Of a stretch of DNA of 64,000 nt, positions 8,056 through 18,185 are shown in pieces. A program made the position numbers and the translations under genes. A model generated the notes under the pieces. That model saw only the letters and a list, made by a program, of their open reading frames with translations, made no database searches and had not been told where the DNA came from. Source of the stretch: an uncultured Muribaculaceae bacterium (GTDB taxonomy: Bacteria; Bacillota_I; Bacilli_A; RF39; UBA660). The stretch lies in NCBI GenBank assembly GCA_964384115.1, contig CAYLJU010000002.1, positions 4,912 to 68,911 on the forward strand, in the 5' to 3' direction. Each line of letters begins with the position of its first letter. Within the stretch, counting starts at the first letter, position 1.

Positions 8056-10122
8056 ATGAAATTAGATGGTTTAAATGAAGAACAACTTAATGCGGTTAAA
8101 ACAACAGATGGACCTCTTTTAGTTTTAGCTGGTGCTGGTAGTGGAAAAACGAGAGTTTTAACTACGAGAATTGCATATTTAATAAATAGTGGAGTTGATC
8201 CATATAATATACTTGCTATAACTTTTACAAATAAAGCTGCAAAAGAAATGAAGGAGCGAGTTTTTAATTTAGTTGGTGATGTTAAAAATATTCAGATTTC
8301 TACATTTCATTCATTTGGTTTATATATTATTCGAAATCATTATAATTTACTTGGTTATGATAGAAATTTTACTATTTTAGATGGTGATGATTCACTTGTT
8401 TTAGTTAAAAACATATTAAAAGAAATGGGAATTAATTCTGATGATTATAATCCTAAAGCTATAAGAAATAAAATTAGTGGTGCGAAAAATGAACTTGTTT
8501 TTCCTTTAGAATATCAAAAATACGCCAATACTGATTTTGAAGAAATTGTTTATAAAGTTTATAAGAAATACGAGGAAAAATTAAAAATTAACAATAGTGT
8601 TGATTTTGATGATTTACTTGTATTACCTATTAAATTATTTAATACATTTCCTGATATTTTAAAAATGTATCAAGAAAGATTTAAATATATTTTAGTTGAT
8701 GAGTATCAAGATACAAATAGAGTTCAGTACATATTAGTTAATATGCTTGCAGCAAAATATAAAAATATTTGTGTTGTTGGCGATAATGATCAAGCTATAT
8801 ATTCTTGGAGAGGATCTGATTATCGCAACATACTTAATTTTGAAAATGATTATCCTAATTTAAAATCTGTTATGCTTGAAGAAAATTATCGGTCAACTGG
8901 TTTAATATTAAGAGCTGCTAATGATGTTATTAAACATAATAAAATAAGAAAAGAAAAAAATTTATGGACACATCATGAAGAGGGAAGTAAGATAAGATAT
9001 CATCGGGCAAATGATGAAAAAGATGAAGCATACTATGTTGTTAATGAGATTAAAAATCTTTTATACGATGGTGTTAAACGAGAGGATATTGCTGTTTTAT
9101 ATAGAACTAATGCTCAATCAAGAAATATTGAAGAAGCGATGCTTAGAGAAAATATTCCTTATAAAGTAATAGGAAGTTTTTATTTCTATAATCGTAAGGA
9201 AATTAAAGATTTAATTGCTTATTTGAAATTGATTTATAATAAAAATGATGATTTAAATTTACTTAGAATTATTAATGTTCCTAAAAGAGGTATTGGTGAA
9301 AAAACTATTTCTAATTTAAATGAAAAATCCTTTAGATTTAATAAATGCTTATATGATTCTATTGATAGTGGAAAAGAACTATTGTTTAAAAATTTAATAG
9401 AAGAATTAAGGGAAGATTCAAAAAATGTTAGTTTAACTGAATTAGTTGACTTGATTTTAGATAAAAGTGGGATAAGAAGAGAACTTGAAAACGAAAAATC
9501 AGTTGATTCAGAAATTAGATTATCAAATCTTGAAGAATTTAAATCAATTACTAGAACTTTTGAAGAAAAGGCTGAAAGTGTTAGTTTGGAAGATTTTTTG
9601 TCTGAAATTAGTTTAGTTGCTGATATGAATGAACATAAAGATGAAAAAAATGTTGTTACTTTAATGACTATGCATGCTGCTAAAGGATTAGAATTTGATT
9701 ATGTTTTTGTAATTGGTATGGAAGAAGGATTATTTCCACATCTTAATAGTATGGAACTTGATGATATCGAAGAAGAAAGAAGACTTTGTTATGTAGCTAT
9801 TACAAGAGCTAAGAAGAAATTATGGCTTGTTAATGCTAAAAGTAGGATGATTTATGGTAAACATGATAATTATTTGCCTAGTAGATTTATAAGTGAAATA
9901 TCTGATGAGTGTTTAGAAAAAGATGAAATTAAAAAATATGAGAATACTTGTGATAGTTCTATAGAATATAATTTAGGGGAAATTTTGTTTCATAAAATTT
10001 TTGGTCCTGGTGTTGTTGTTGGTATGGATGATAAGGATTTAACAATCGCTTTTAGTAATAAATATGGTATAAAAAAAATTGCTCGTGGTCATGATAGTTT
10101 AAGGAGGAATGATGATGCTTAA
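8056..10122 (+). CDS. pcrA: ATP-dependent DNA helicase PcrA (UvrD family)
   Basis: Walker A 'AGAGSGKTRVLT', 'TFTNKAAKEM', 'VDEYQDTN', 'YRS', 'LMTMHAAKGLEFD', 'VAITRAKKKL' are UvrD/PcrA motifs. Confidence 0.9.
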   Translation: MKLDGLNEEQLNAVKTTDGPLLVLAGAGSGKTRVLTTRIAYLINSGVDPYNILAITFTNKAAKEMKERVFNLVGDVKNIQISTFHSFGLYIIRNHYNLLGYDRNFTILDGDDSLVLVKNILKEMGINSDDYNPKAIRNKISGAKNELVFPLEYQKYANTDFEEIVYKVYKKYEEKLKINNSVDFDDLLVLPIKLFNTFPDILKMYQERFKYILVDEYQDTNRVQYILVNMLAAKYKNICVVGDNDQAIYSWRGSDYRNILNFENDYPNLKSVMLEENYRSTGLILRAANDVIKHNKIRKEKNLWTHHEEGSKIRYHRANDEKDEAYYVVNEIKNLLYDGVKREDIAVLYRTNAQSRNIEEAMLRENIPYKVIGSFYFYNRKEIKDLIAYLKLIYNKNDDLNLLRIINVPKRGIGEKTISNLNEKSFRFNKCLYDSIDSGKELLFKNLIEELREDSKNVSLTELVDLILDKSGIRRELENEKSVDSEIRLSNLEEFKSITRTFEEKAESVSLEDFLSEISLVADMNEHKDEKNVVTLMTMHAAKGLEFDYVFVIGMEEGLFPHLNSMELDDIEEERRLCYVAITRAKKKLWLVNAKSRMIYGKHDNYLPSRFISEISDECLEKDEIKKYENTCDSSIEYNLGEILFHKIFGPGVVVGMDDKDLTIAFSNKYGIKKIARGHDSLRRNDDA

Positions 10123-10270
10123 TATTTTTGATGATTTGAATAAAGCAATGGAACCGGTTCAAAGATTTATTGAAAAAAATTATTCTAATCCATTACTTTG
10201 GATTGGTTTATTTGTTGGTTTATTTTTGCTTGCAAAAATAATTTATGAGGTTTTACAAAAAGAAAAGTAA
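10109..10270 (+). CDS. Small membrane protein (53 aa) overlapping the pcrA stop
   Basis: Triple ATG right after the GGAGG embedded at the end of pcrA; single TM 'LLWIGLFVGLFLLAKIIY'. Not in the ORF track (<60 aa). Confidence 0.3.
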   Translation: MMMLNIFDDLNKAMEPVQRFIEKNYSNPLLWIGLFVGLFLLAKIIYEVLQKEK

Positions 10271-10449
10271 AAATGTTTAAAAATTATTTGGTTTTAACAA
10301 ATTTTACTATTAATATTATGTATATATTATTTGTTATTTTATTAATTTGTTTTAAATTTTTAATAACCATTTAAATGATGATTTTTATGGTAAAAAGTGT
10401 TAATTATGAATCTTATTTTTTTGTCCATTATAATAGTGAGGTGAGATTC

Positions 10450-10626
10450 ATGGAAAACAAGTTTGTTGTAACTGGTTCAAAAGAAGCTTTAAATAATATG
10501 AAATATGAAATAGCTCGTGAACTAGGCGTTACTCTTGGTGCTGATACTTCTTCAAGATTAAATGGTAGTGTTGGTGGTTATATGACTAAACGTTTAGTTG
10601 AACTTGGAATGCAATCAATTAGATAG
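10450..10626 (+). CDS. Small acid-soluble spore protein, alpha/beta type
   Basis: '[40 protein letters not shown]' is the alpha/beta-SASP signature; start at the internal Met after a GAGGTGA RBS. Confidence 0.8.
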   Translation: MENKFVVTGSKEALNNMKYEIARELGVTLGADTSSRLNGSVGGYMTKRLVELGMQSIR

Positions 10627-10655
10627 TTGTGTATATAAAAATAAGTGTTTGACAC

Positions 10656-11516
10656 TTATTTTTTAGTATTTATTCTGTAAAAATTAATTGATGGATGATC
10701 TAATAATCTAATTGGTAATCCACTTGTTCCTACACCACTTGATATGTAAAGTTTTGCATTTTTTAATTCATAGTATTCGTCATAATATCTTTTTGATCCT
10801 TTTGGTAATATAATCGCACCTATTAGAGGGAATCTAACTTGGCCATTATGAGAATGTCCTGCTAAAATAAGATCAAAATCTTCATTTATTTCATCTATTG
10901 TATCTGGTTCATGAAGCAATAATATTTTATATTTTACTTCATTTTGACTAATAAAATTATGGTAGTCTTTTAATTTTTCTTCTGTGTTTTGTTTATCAAA
11001 ATAACTTGATAATCCTGCTAAAACTATAGAATCATAACCATCATAATATATTGTTTCAAAAGTGTTGTTTAAATTCTTAAAATCAGAATCTGTTATAATA
11101 TCTTTCCAGTAATCATATTTTAAATCATGGTTGCCACTAATAGCATATTTACCAATTTTGGCATTCATTTCTTTTAAATATTTTGTTAATATTTCTTTTG
11201 AATCCTCAATTTCTAAATTTTTATCTAGTATATCACCAGTAATTACTATTATGTCTGGATTAAGAATGTTAACTTTTTCAACTAATTTTTTTAATTCATT
11301 TTCTTTAGTAGTTCTTCCATAATGAATGTCAGAAATATGAACTATTTTTAGGCCATCGAAATTGGATGGTATATTATCTTCTATTGTATATTCTTTTACA
11401 AATAAACCTTTTGTTCCAATAAAACGAGCATATAATATTAGTATAGTTACAAATATAAGTAAGCAAATTATAATTTTTAATATGGTCATGTTTTTTTTCT
11501 CTTTTCTTTTTATCAT
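10656..11516 (-). CDS. Membrane-anchored metallophosphoesterase (calcineurin-like)
   Basis: N-terminal TM; 'HISDIHYG', 'ITGDILD', 'GNHD', 'GHSHNG' metallophosphatase motifs. Confidence 0.75.
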   Translation of the reverse strand: MIKRKEKKNMTILKIIICLLIFVTILILYARFIGTKGLFVKEYTIEDNIPSNFDGLKIVHISDIHYGRTTKENELKKLVEKVNILNPDIIVITGDILDKNLEIEDSKEILTKYLKEMNAKIGKYAISGNHDLKYDYWKDIITDSDFKNLNNTFETIYYDGYDSIVLAGLSSYFDKQNTEEKLKDYHNFISQNEVKYKILLLHEPDTIDEINEDFDLILAGHSHNGQVRFPLIGAIILPKGSKRYYDEYYELKNAKLYISSGVGTSGLPIRLLDHPSINFYRINTKK

Positions 11517-12241
11517 AGTAAACCACCTAACATTAAAAATATTTGAATAATAAGTAAAATGGTATTATGAAAAAAGTGAATTCCTATCGGCACGAAGATG
11601 TTATTACTTTTTTCATATGTATATGCAAGTACAAAACCAGGTATACTATATGGAAGTATATATAAGTAGTCAAGTGGATTTTCTACTAGATTTAATACAT
11701 GCATTGAACCGAACAAAAGACCTGATATTATTATAAATAAATATTTTGTGGGTATTATTTTTCTTATACTTTTTCTAAATACTATTTCTTCCATAAAGGG
11801 TGCGATTAATGAGCATGATATACAAGTATATATAAAATATGGTATATTTGATTTCATTGTATTTCGTATTAATGTTTCATTTTGTGATATATCATTTGTA
11901 AAAAATGATATAAACAATGATGATATGAACATTAAAAGGAACATTATTAACCAGTATTTTTTATATTCATTAAAATATTCTTTGAAATTATTTTTTAAAT
12001 TTTTAAAGTCTTTTTTTATTTCTTTATAATAAATTAAAATCATTACGCATAACATAAAAAATGTTACTGAAAGTAAATATATTACTTGATTTATAATACT
12101 AAACTCAGATGGTTTAATACCTACATAATTTAAAAATAATAGTAATAAATTATTAAAATAAAAGTAAAATAATACTATTCCAATTCCAATTAAGGAATTA
12201 ATGATATAATTTTTGACTTTTTCCATATTTATAATCTCCAA
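11513..12241 (-). CDS. CPBP-family intramembrane metalloprotease (CAAX protease-like)
   Basis: Polytopic membrane protein with 'EEIVFRKSI' and 'FGSMH' motifs. Confidence 0.7.
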   Translation of the reverse strand: MEIINMEKVKNYIINSLIGIGIVLFYFYFNNLLLLFLNYVGIKPSEFSIINQVIYLLSVTFFMLCVMILIYYKEIKKDFKNLKNNFKEYFNEYKKYWLIMFLLMFISSLFISFFTNDISQNETLIRNTMKSNIPYFIYTCISCSLIAPFMEEIVFRKSIRKIIPTKYLFIIISGLLFGSMHVLNLVENPLDYLYILPYSIPGFVLAYTYEKSNNIFVPIGIHFFHNTILLIIQIFLMLGGLL

Positions 12242-12372
12242 TCTTCATAATTATATCAAAAAAAATAAAAAAAATTAATAAATATAGTTAAAAAATTATA
12301 ATTATTATGATATAATGTAAATGACAAGTGGCAATAAACCACTTTTTATAAAATTTAATTTGAGGTGAAAAA

Positions 12373-12615
12373 GTGGAAGAAAAAATTAGAAATTTAATTG
12401 AAAGTACAATAATTGATGCTGGATATAGTTTAAATGATGTTAAACTTGAAAAAGAAGGAACTGTTCTTTTCTTAAGAGTTTTTATTGATAAAGCAGATAT
12501 TGTTAGTGTAGAAGATTGTGTTAAAGTTTCTGAACTTATTAATCCAATATTAGACAAAGCTGATCCTATAGAAGGTAGCTATGTATTGGACGTTAGTTCA
12601 GTAGAAAGAGGTTAA
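12373..12615 (+). CDS. rimP: Ribosome maturation factor RimP, N-terminal domain only (truncated)
   Basis: GTG start; 'IESTIIDAGYSLNDVKLEKEGTVLFLRVFIDK...GSYVLDVSS' matches the RimP N-domain but terminates at about 80 aa, where the LEVSSPG(L/I)DRP motif begins; directly upstream of nusA. Confidence 0.6.
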   Translation: MEEKIRNLIESTIIDAGYSLNDVKLEKEGTVLFLRVFIDKADIVSVEDCVKVSELINPILDKADPIEGSYVLDVSSVERG

Positions 12616-12617
12616 AT

Positions 12618-13706
12618 ATGAATGCGAAGGATTTTAAAAAAGCAGTTGAATTAGTAGTTAAAGAAAAGGGAATAAGTGAAACTGTAATATATGATGCTAT
12701 GGAACTTGCTTTGACTGCAGCTTATAAAAAAAATTATAATTCTTTACCAAATGTAAGAGTTGATATTAATCGCGAAACAGGCGATATTAAAGTATATTCT
12801 TTTAAAACGGTAAGAAAAGAAGATGAAACTGATGAAGAGGGTAATTTAATTTTTAATCCTCAAATTGATTTAACTTTAGAAGAAGCTCGTCTTATTGTTC
12901 CTAATATTGAATATGGAGAAACAATTGAAGAAGAAGTAACGCCACATGATTTTGGTCGTGTAGCTGCAGCTACTGCTAAACAAGTTGTTATTCAAAAAAT
13001 AAGAGAAGCAGAGAGAAATGTTATAATTGAAGCTTATGCTGATAAAAAAGATGAAATGTTATCAGGAATTGCAAATATGGAAGATGAAAATAATTATTAT
13101 ATTGATTTAGGTAAAACACAAGGTATTCTTCCAAAAAGCGAATGTATTCCTGGAGAAAAAATTAAAATGGGAAGTAGTATAAAGGTTTATGTAACAAAAG
13201 TAGAAAATAATACAAAAGGACCTTTAATCTTACTTTCTAGAAATCATTATGGATTTGTAAAAAGACTTTTTGAACTAGAAATTCCAGAAATTAATGAAGG
13301 AATTATACTAATATATAGTGTGGCTCGTGAAGCAGGATTTAGAACGAAGATTGCTGTTTATTCAGAAAATCCTAAAGTTGATCCAGTTGGATCTTGTATT
13401 GGGGAGAGAGGGTCACGTATTAATCGTATAATTGAAGAATTAAATGGTGAAAAAATAGATGTTGTGGCTTATCAAAATGATGCTGCTGAATTTATTAAAA
13501 GTGCTCTTAGTCCAGCTAAGGATGTTAGTGTTTTTATAACAGATGAAAAGAAAAAAGAAGCGCTTGTTATTGTAGATAATAATAATTTATCCCTTGCAAT
13601 TGGAAAAAAGGGTATAAATATTAAACTTGCATCGCGTTTAACAAAATATCATTTAGACATTAAGACAAAAGAAGATGCTGCAAAAATGGGAATAAATTTA
13701 GTTTAG
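12618..13706 (+). CDS. nusA: Transcription termination/antitermination factor NusA
   Basis: S1 and KH domains ('GSCIGERGSRINRIIEELNGEKIDVV'); the operon context matches. Confidence 0.9.
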   Translation: MNAKDFKKAVELVVKEKGISETVIYDAMELALTAAYKKNYNSLPNVRVDINRETGDIKVYSFKTVRKEDETDEEGNLIFNPQIDLTLEEARLIVPNIEYGETIEEEVTPHDFGRVAAATAKQVVIQKIREAERNVIIEAYADKKDEMLSGIANMEDENNYYIDLGKTQGILPKSECIPGEKIKMGSSIKVYVTKVENNTKGPLILLSRNHYGFVKRLFELEIPEINEGIILIYSVAREAGFRTKIAVYSENPKVDPVGSCIGERGSRINRIIEELNGEKIDVVAYQNDAAEFIKSALSPAKDVSVFITDEKKKEALVIVDNNNLSLAIGKKGINIKLASRLTKYHLDIKTKEDAAKMGINLV

Positions 13707-13711
13707 AGGAG

Positions 13712-14113
13712 TTGTTTATGAATACTGTACTTTGTCAATTATTAAGAATATTTGAGCCTAAAAATATTGATTGGATGGGCTATAAAGTGTCTAAAAAAAA
13801 TCCATATACATATCACCATATTTTAGAAAGGCGATATGGTGGTAAATTAACTATAGATAATGGTGCGATTTTATCACGTTTAGCCCATGATCATTTAAAT
13901 TATCTTGAACTTTATGTTCCAGAAGCTTATGATGATTGGCAAAGGTTTTTTAGATATATAAATTCAAAAAAAGCGCCTCTTACAAAAGAGGATTATGAAA
14001 TGATAAAATTGATAACATATTATGAGACAAAGTACAAAGTGAGACGTACTCCTAGAGAACTTTCAGGATATGATCAGAAGAAAAAAGTTAAGAAGAAGGT
14101 GAATCATAAATGA
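13712..14113 (+). CDS. HNH-like nuclease-domain protein inserted in the nusA-infB operon
   Basis: 'YHHILERRYGGKLTIDNGAILSRLAHDHLN' fits the HNH pattern HH-x-GG-x-N-x-H-x-H (no Cys ligands); its stop overlaps the next start (ATGA). Confidence 0.4.
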   Translation: MFMNTVLCQLLRIFEPKNIDWMGYKVSKKNPYTYHHILERRYGGKLTIDNGAILSRLAHDHLNYLELYVPEAYDDWQRFFRYINSKKAPLTKEDYEMIKLITYYETKYKVRRTPRELSGYDQKKKVKKKVNHK

Positions 14114-14373
14114 AAATTAAAAAGGTTCCAGAAAGAACGTGTATTGTTACACATGATAAATGTGTGAAAAAAGATTTGCTTAGAGTTGTAAGATGTCCAG
14201 ATGGTACTGTTAAAGTTGATTTGACAGGTAAAATGAATGGGCGTGGTGCTTATGTAAAAAAAGATTTAGAAGTAATAGAAAAAGCCAGATTGAGTAAAGT
14301 TTTAGATAAGCATTTAGAGGTTAATGTAACAGATGATATTTATGATGAAATGAAAAGGGTTATTGGTGAATAA
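14110..14373 (+). CDS. ylxR: YlxR-family protein (DUF448, putative RNA-binding)
   Basis: 'PERTCIVTHDKCVKKDLLRVVRCPDGTVKVDLTGKMNGRGAYV' is the YlxR signature; the position after nusA matches. Confidence 0.8.
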   Translation: MKIKKVPERTCIVTHDKCVKKDLLRVVRCPDGTVKVDLTGKMNGRGAYVKKDLEVIEKARLSKVLDKHLEVNVTDDIYDEMKRVIGE

Positions 14374-14849
14374 TGAAAAGAAAAGATTATATTTCTTGGG
14401 ATGAGTATTTTATGGGGGTCGCGCTTCTTGCTTCAATGAGAAGTAAAGATCCATCTACTACTGTTGGTGCTTGTATTGTCAATAGTGATAATAAAATTAT
14501 ATCTACAGGATATAATGGTTCACCTACAGGTTATGATGATGATACTATGCCATGGGATCGAGAAGGCGATTTTCAAAATACAAAATATGCATATGTTTGT
14601 CATTCTGAACTAAATGCAATTTTGAATTCGCCAAGTGTTGTTAAAGGATGTAAAGTTTATGTAACACTTTTTCCTTGCAATGAATGCGCTAAAGCTATTG
14701 TACAATCTGGTATAAAAGAAGTTATATATTTATCAGATAAATATAAAGATACAGATAGTAATTGTGTTTCTAAAAGAATTTTAGATACATGTGGTGTTAA
14801 ATATAGAGAATATAATTTAAAAAATAAAAAAATTGAATTAGAACTTTAG
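14373..14849 (+). CDS. dCMP/cytidine deaminase (ComEB-like)
   Basis: 'CHSELNA' and 'PCNECAKAI' zinc-deaminase motifs. Confidence 0.8.
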   Translation: MKRKDYISWDEYFMGVALLASMRSKDPSTTVGACIVNSDNKIISTGYNGSPTGYDDDTMPWDREGDFQNTKYAYVCHSELNAILNSPSVVKGCKVYVTLFPCNECAKAIVQSGIKEVIYLSDKYKDTDSNCVSKRILDTCGVKYREYNLKNKKIELEL

Positions 14850-14855
14850 AAAGGA

Positions 14856-16949
14856 GTGATTATTATGATGACTGTCTTAGAATATGCTTTGGATATGAAT
14901 AAAACAGTAGAACAAGTAATCAAAAAATGTGAAGAATTTGGTATTAATGTTAAATATGAGGATGATTTATTAGACGATGAGGCAATTACTGAATTAGATG
15001 CATGTTTTCAAAATGATGAAAATGAAGAACTTGAGGATCATGTTGAAGAAATGGTAATGCAAAGTAAAATAAATGTTGATAATGTTGTTAAGAAAGAAAA
15101 AGTAAAAAAACAAAAAGAAGTACCAAATAAAAAAGATTTCTTAAATAAGAAAAAAGAAATGTATAAAAACAAAAATAAATTGATGACTAATAAAGAAGTT
15201 GGTTCTGATGTTGTTTTATATAAAGAAAATATGACAATAAATGAACTTGCTAACGCTATGAATGTAAGCGGTGGAGAACTTGTTAAGAAATTATTTAATT
15301 TAGGATTAATGGCTACATTAAATAATAGTATTAGTTTTGAAAATGCTGAGATACTTGTTTTAGATTATAATAAGCAATTAAAGAGAGAAGAAGCTACTGA
15401 TGTTAGCAATTTTGAAGAATATGAAATTGTTGATAGTGAATCTGATAAAGTTAAAAGAGCGCCAGTTGTAACTATTATGGGACATGTTGATCATGGTAAA
15501 ACTACTCTTTTGGATACAATAAGAAAAACTAATGTTGCTGAAAATGAAGCTGGAGGTATTACACAAAATATTTCAGCTTATCAAGTAAAATATAAAGATG
15601 AGTTAATAACATTTATTGATACTCCTGGTCATGCGGCTTTTACAGAAATGCGTTCTAGGGGTGCAAAGATAACAGATATTGTTATTATAATAGTTGCGGC
15701 TGATGATGGTGTTATGCCACAAACTAAAGAAGCAATTGATCATGCTAAAGCAGCAGGCGTTCCTATAATTGTGGCAATTAATAAAATTGATAAGCCTGGT
15801 TCTAATCCAGATAGAGTTATGCAAGAATTAGCTGAGTATGGTCTTACTCCTGATATTTGGGGTGGAGATACATTATTCAATAAGATTTCTGCTAAAAATG
15901 GTATAGGTATCGATGAACTACTTGATAACATTTTATTAGTTGCTGAAATGGAAAATTATAAAGCTAATCCTAATAGATATGCTGTTGGTTCTGTTATTGA
16001 ATCAAGGCTTGATAAACATTTAGGTCCAGTTGTTACTGTTTTAATTCAAAATGGTACTCTTAGAATTGGTGATCCTATTGTTGTTGGAACTTCTTTTGGT
16101 AAAGTTAGAACTCTTAAAAATGATAAAGGTAATGAAATAGTTGAAGCTTTACCTAGTACTCCTGTTGAAATTACAGGTATTAGTGAAGTACCATCAGCTG
16201 GCGATAAATTTATGGCTTTTGAAACTGAAAAAGAAGCTAAGCAAGTTAGTGAAAAGAGAAAAGAAGTTCAAAGATTAAATGCAAGTAAAGGTTCAAAGGC
16301 TGTTACTTTAGATGATTTATTTGCCCGTGTTCAAGATGGTATTAAAGAAGTAAAAGTTATTATTAAAGCAGATGTTAATGGTTCGGCTGAAGCTGTTAAG
16401 AATTCACTTGAAAAAATTGAAGTTGAAAATGTAAAGGTAAAGGTAATTAGAAGTTCTGTTGGCGCAATTACTGAAAGTGATGTAGTACTTGCAAAAGCAT
16501 CAAGTGCAATTATCGTTGGATTTAATGTAAGACCTAGTAATATGATAAAAGACTATGCTAAAGAACAAGGTGTTGAAATTAGATTATATGATATTATATA
16601 TAAAGCTGTTGAAGAAATGATTGATGCTTTAAAGGGTATGCTTGAACCTGTTTATGAAGAAAAGATAATTGGGGAAGCAAATGTTAAACAATTATTTAAA
16701 TTTTCTAAAGTTGGTACTATTGCTGGTTCATATGTAACCGATGGTGTTGTAAAGAAGGATGCAAAAGCACGTTTAATTAGAGATGGTGTAGTTGTATATA
16801 ATGGAGAAATTGCTTCTTTACAAAGAGAAAAAGATGCTGTTAAAGAAGTTAAAAAAGGTCTTGAATGTGGTATTACTTTGAATAATTATAGTGATATTAA
16901 AGTAGGCGATGTGATTGAAGCTTATGAGATGGTTGAGGTAAAAAGATGA
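14856..16949 (+). CDS. infB: Translation initiation factor IF-2
   Basis: G-domain 'GHVDHGKTTLLD', 'DTPGHAAF', 'NKIDK'; C-terminal IF2 beta-barrel. Confidence 0.92.
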   Translation: MIIMMTVLEYALDMNKTVEQVIKKCEEFGINVKYEDDLLDDEAITELDACFQNDENEELEDHVEEMVMQSKINVDNVVKKEKVKKQKEVPNKKDFLNKKKEMYKNKNKLMTNKEVGSDVVLYKENMTINELANAMNVSGGELVKKLFNLGLMATLNNSISFENAEILVLDYNKQLKREEATDVSNFEEYEIVDSESDKVKRAPVVTIMGHVDHGKTTLLDTIRKTNVAENEAGGITQNISAYQVKYKDELITFIDTPGHAAFTEMRSRGAKITDIVIIIVAADDGVMPQTKEAIDHAKAAGVPIIVAINKIDKPGSNPDRVMQELAEYGLTPDIWGGDTLFNKISAKNGIGIDELLDNILLVAEMENYKANPNRYAVGSVIESRLDKHLGPVVTVLIQNGTLRIGDPIVVGTSFGKVRTLKNDKGNEIVEALPSTPVEITGISEVPSAGDKFMAFETEKEAKQVSEKRKEVQRLNASKGSKAVTLDDLFARVQDGIKEVKVIIKADVNGSAEAVKNSLEKIEVENVKVKVIRSSVGAITESDVVLAKASSAIIVGFNVRPSNMIKDYAKEQGVEIRLYDIIYKAVEEMIDALKGMLEPVYEEKIIGEANVKQLFKFSKVGTIAGSYVTDGVVKKDAKARLIRDGVVVYNGEIASLQREKDAVKEVKKGLECGITLNNYSDIKVGDVIEAYEMVEVKR

Positions 16950-17287
16950 GTATTAAGATAGAGAGAATTGAAAGTTCAATGGTTAAGGAAATTTCTTACT
17001 TACTTGCTAATGAAATAAAGGATCCTGATATTCATTTTGTTACTGTTACTGCTGCTAAAGTTACGAATGATTTATCGTTTGCTAAAATTTACGTAACTGT
17101 ATTTGATGAAGAAAAGAAAAAATCTACGCTTGATGCTTTAAATAATGCTAAAGGCTTTTTGAGAAGTAAATTATGTGATAGAATTGATATTAGGCATATG
17201 CCGGAACTTGAATTTGTTTATGATGAATCAATTGCATATGGTAAGAAAATAGAAAATATAATTGAAAAAATTCATAAAGAAAATTGA
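16946..17287 (+). CDS. rbfA: Ribosome-binding factor A
   Basis: 113 aa, RbfA-like sequence directly after infB (overlapping stop/start). Confidence 0.8.
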   Translation: MSIKIERIESSMVKEISYLLANEIKDPDIHFVTVTAAKVTNDLSFAKIYVTVFDEEKKKSTLDALNNAKGFLRSKLCDRIDIRHMPELEFVYDESIAYGKKIENIIEKIHKEN

Positions 17288-17299
17288 CTTTTTAAATAT

Positions 17300-17530
17300 A
17301 AATTGATAATATATATTTGTATTTGATGAAGACGGAAAAATAGTAGTTTTAATTAATGGTAATAAGAAAATTAGTGGTGATGAAAACTAATCAAGTTAAT
17401 AAAATGAAATACATTTTTTAGAGTTAAATCGTTAATCGCGTTAAGATAATGAGGTAATAAACATTACAAAATAAGGTGGTACCGCGCTTTCGCGCCCTTA
17501 TAATTGTAGTGTTTTTATTTTTTAGGAGGT
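17300..17530 (+). promoter_or_regulatory. T-box riboswitch leader (deoC-tyrS operon)
   Basis: Conserved T-box sequence AAGGTGGTACCGCG at 17473-17486 followed by a GC hairpin/U-run and a GGAGG RBS. Confidence 0.7.
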
Positions 17531-17537
17531 AAAAAAA

Positions 17538-18185
17538 ATGAAATATGCAGAATTTATTGATTATACTAATTTGAAAGCTGATGCTACAGTAGAGGATATT
17601 AAATCTTTATGTGAAGATGCTAAACAATTGCATGTCCAATCTGTGTGTGTTAATCCTTGTTATGTGGGTCTTGCTCATGAACTTTTAGAAGGTTCAACAG
17701 TAAATGTTACTACTGTTGTTGGTTTTCCACTTGGCTCTAATAACACTAGGGTTAAAGAAATGGAAGCATTAATTGCTGTTGAAGATGGTGCTGATGAAAT
17801 TGATATGGTTATTAATATTGGCGCTTTAAAAAATGGTGATTATGACTATGTTAAAAATGAAATTGAAGATATTATGGCTGCTATTGATGGTAAGGTTTTA
17901 AAGGTTATTATTGAAACTTGTTATTTGACTGAAGAAGAAATTGGTAAAATTACAGAAATATGTAATGATACTTTTGTTAATTTTATTAAGACTTCTACTG
18001 GTTTTGGTAGTAGAGGAGTTAGTTTAGAAGATATTGATATTATTAATCAACATAAAAATGATGTTCTTGAGATTAAGGCTAGTGGTGGTATACATGATGA
18101 GAAAATGATTGAAGAATTACTAGCTAAAGGTGTTACTAGATTTGGTATTAGTAATATTGATTTTTTGAAAGGAGATAAAAAATGA
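17538..18185 (+). CDS. deoC: Deoxyribose-phosphate aldolase
   Basis: 'ADATVEDIK...VCVNP', 'VVGFPLG', Schiff-base Lys in 'FIKTSTGF'. Confidence 0.85.
   Translation: MKYAEFIDYTNLKADATVEDIKSLCEDAKQLHVQSVCVNPCYVGLAHELLEGSTVNVTTVVGFPLGSNNTRVKEMEALIAVEDGADEIDMVINIGALKNGDYDYVKNEIEDIMAAIDGKVLKVIIETCYLTEEEIGKITEICNDTFVNFIKTSTGFGSRGVSLEDIDIINQHKNDVLEIKASGGIHDEKMIEELLAKGVTRFGISNIDFLKGDKK

Noticed and set aside
10375-10449. Long N-terminal extension of the SASP ORF ([25 protein letters not shown])
   Set aside because: The conserved SASP sequence begins at the internal Met (10450), which has its own GAGGTGA RBS. The extension is not part of the protein.
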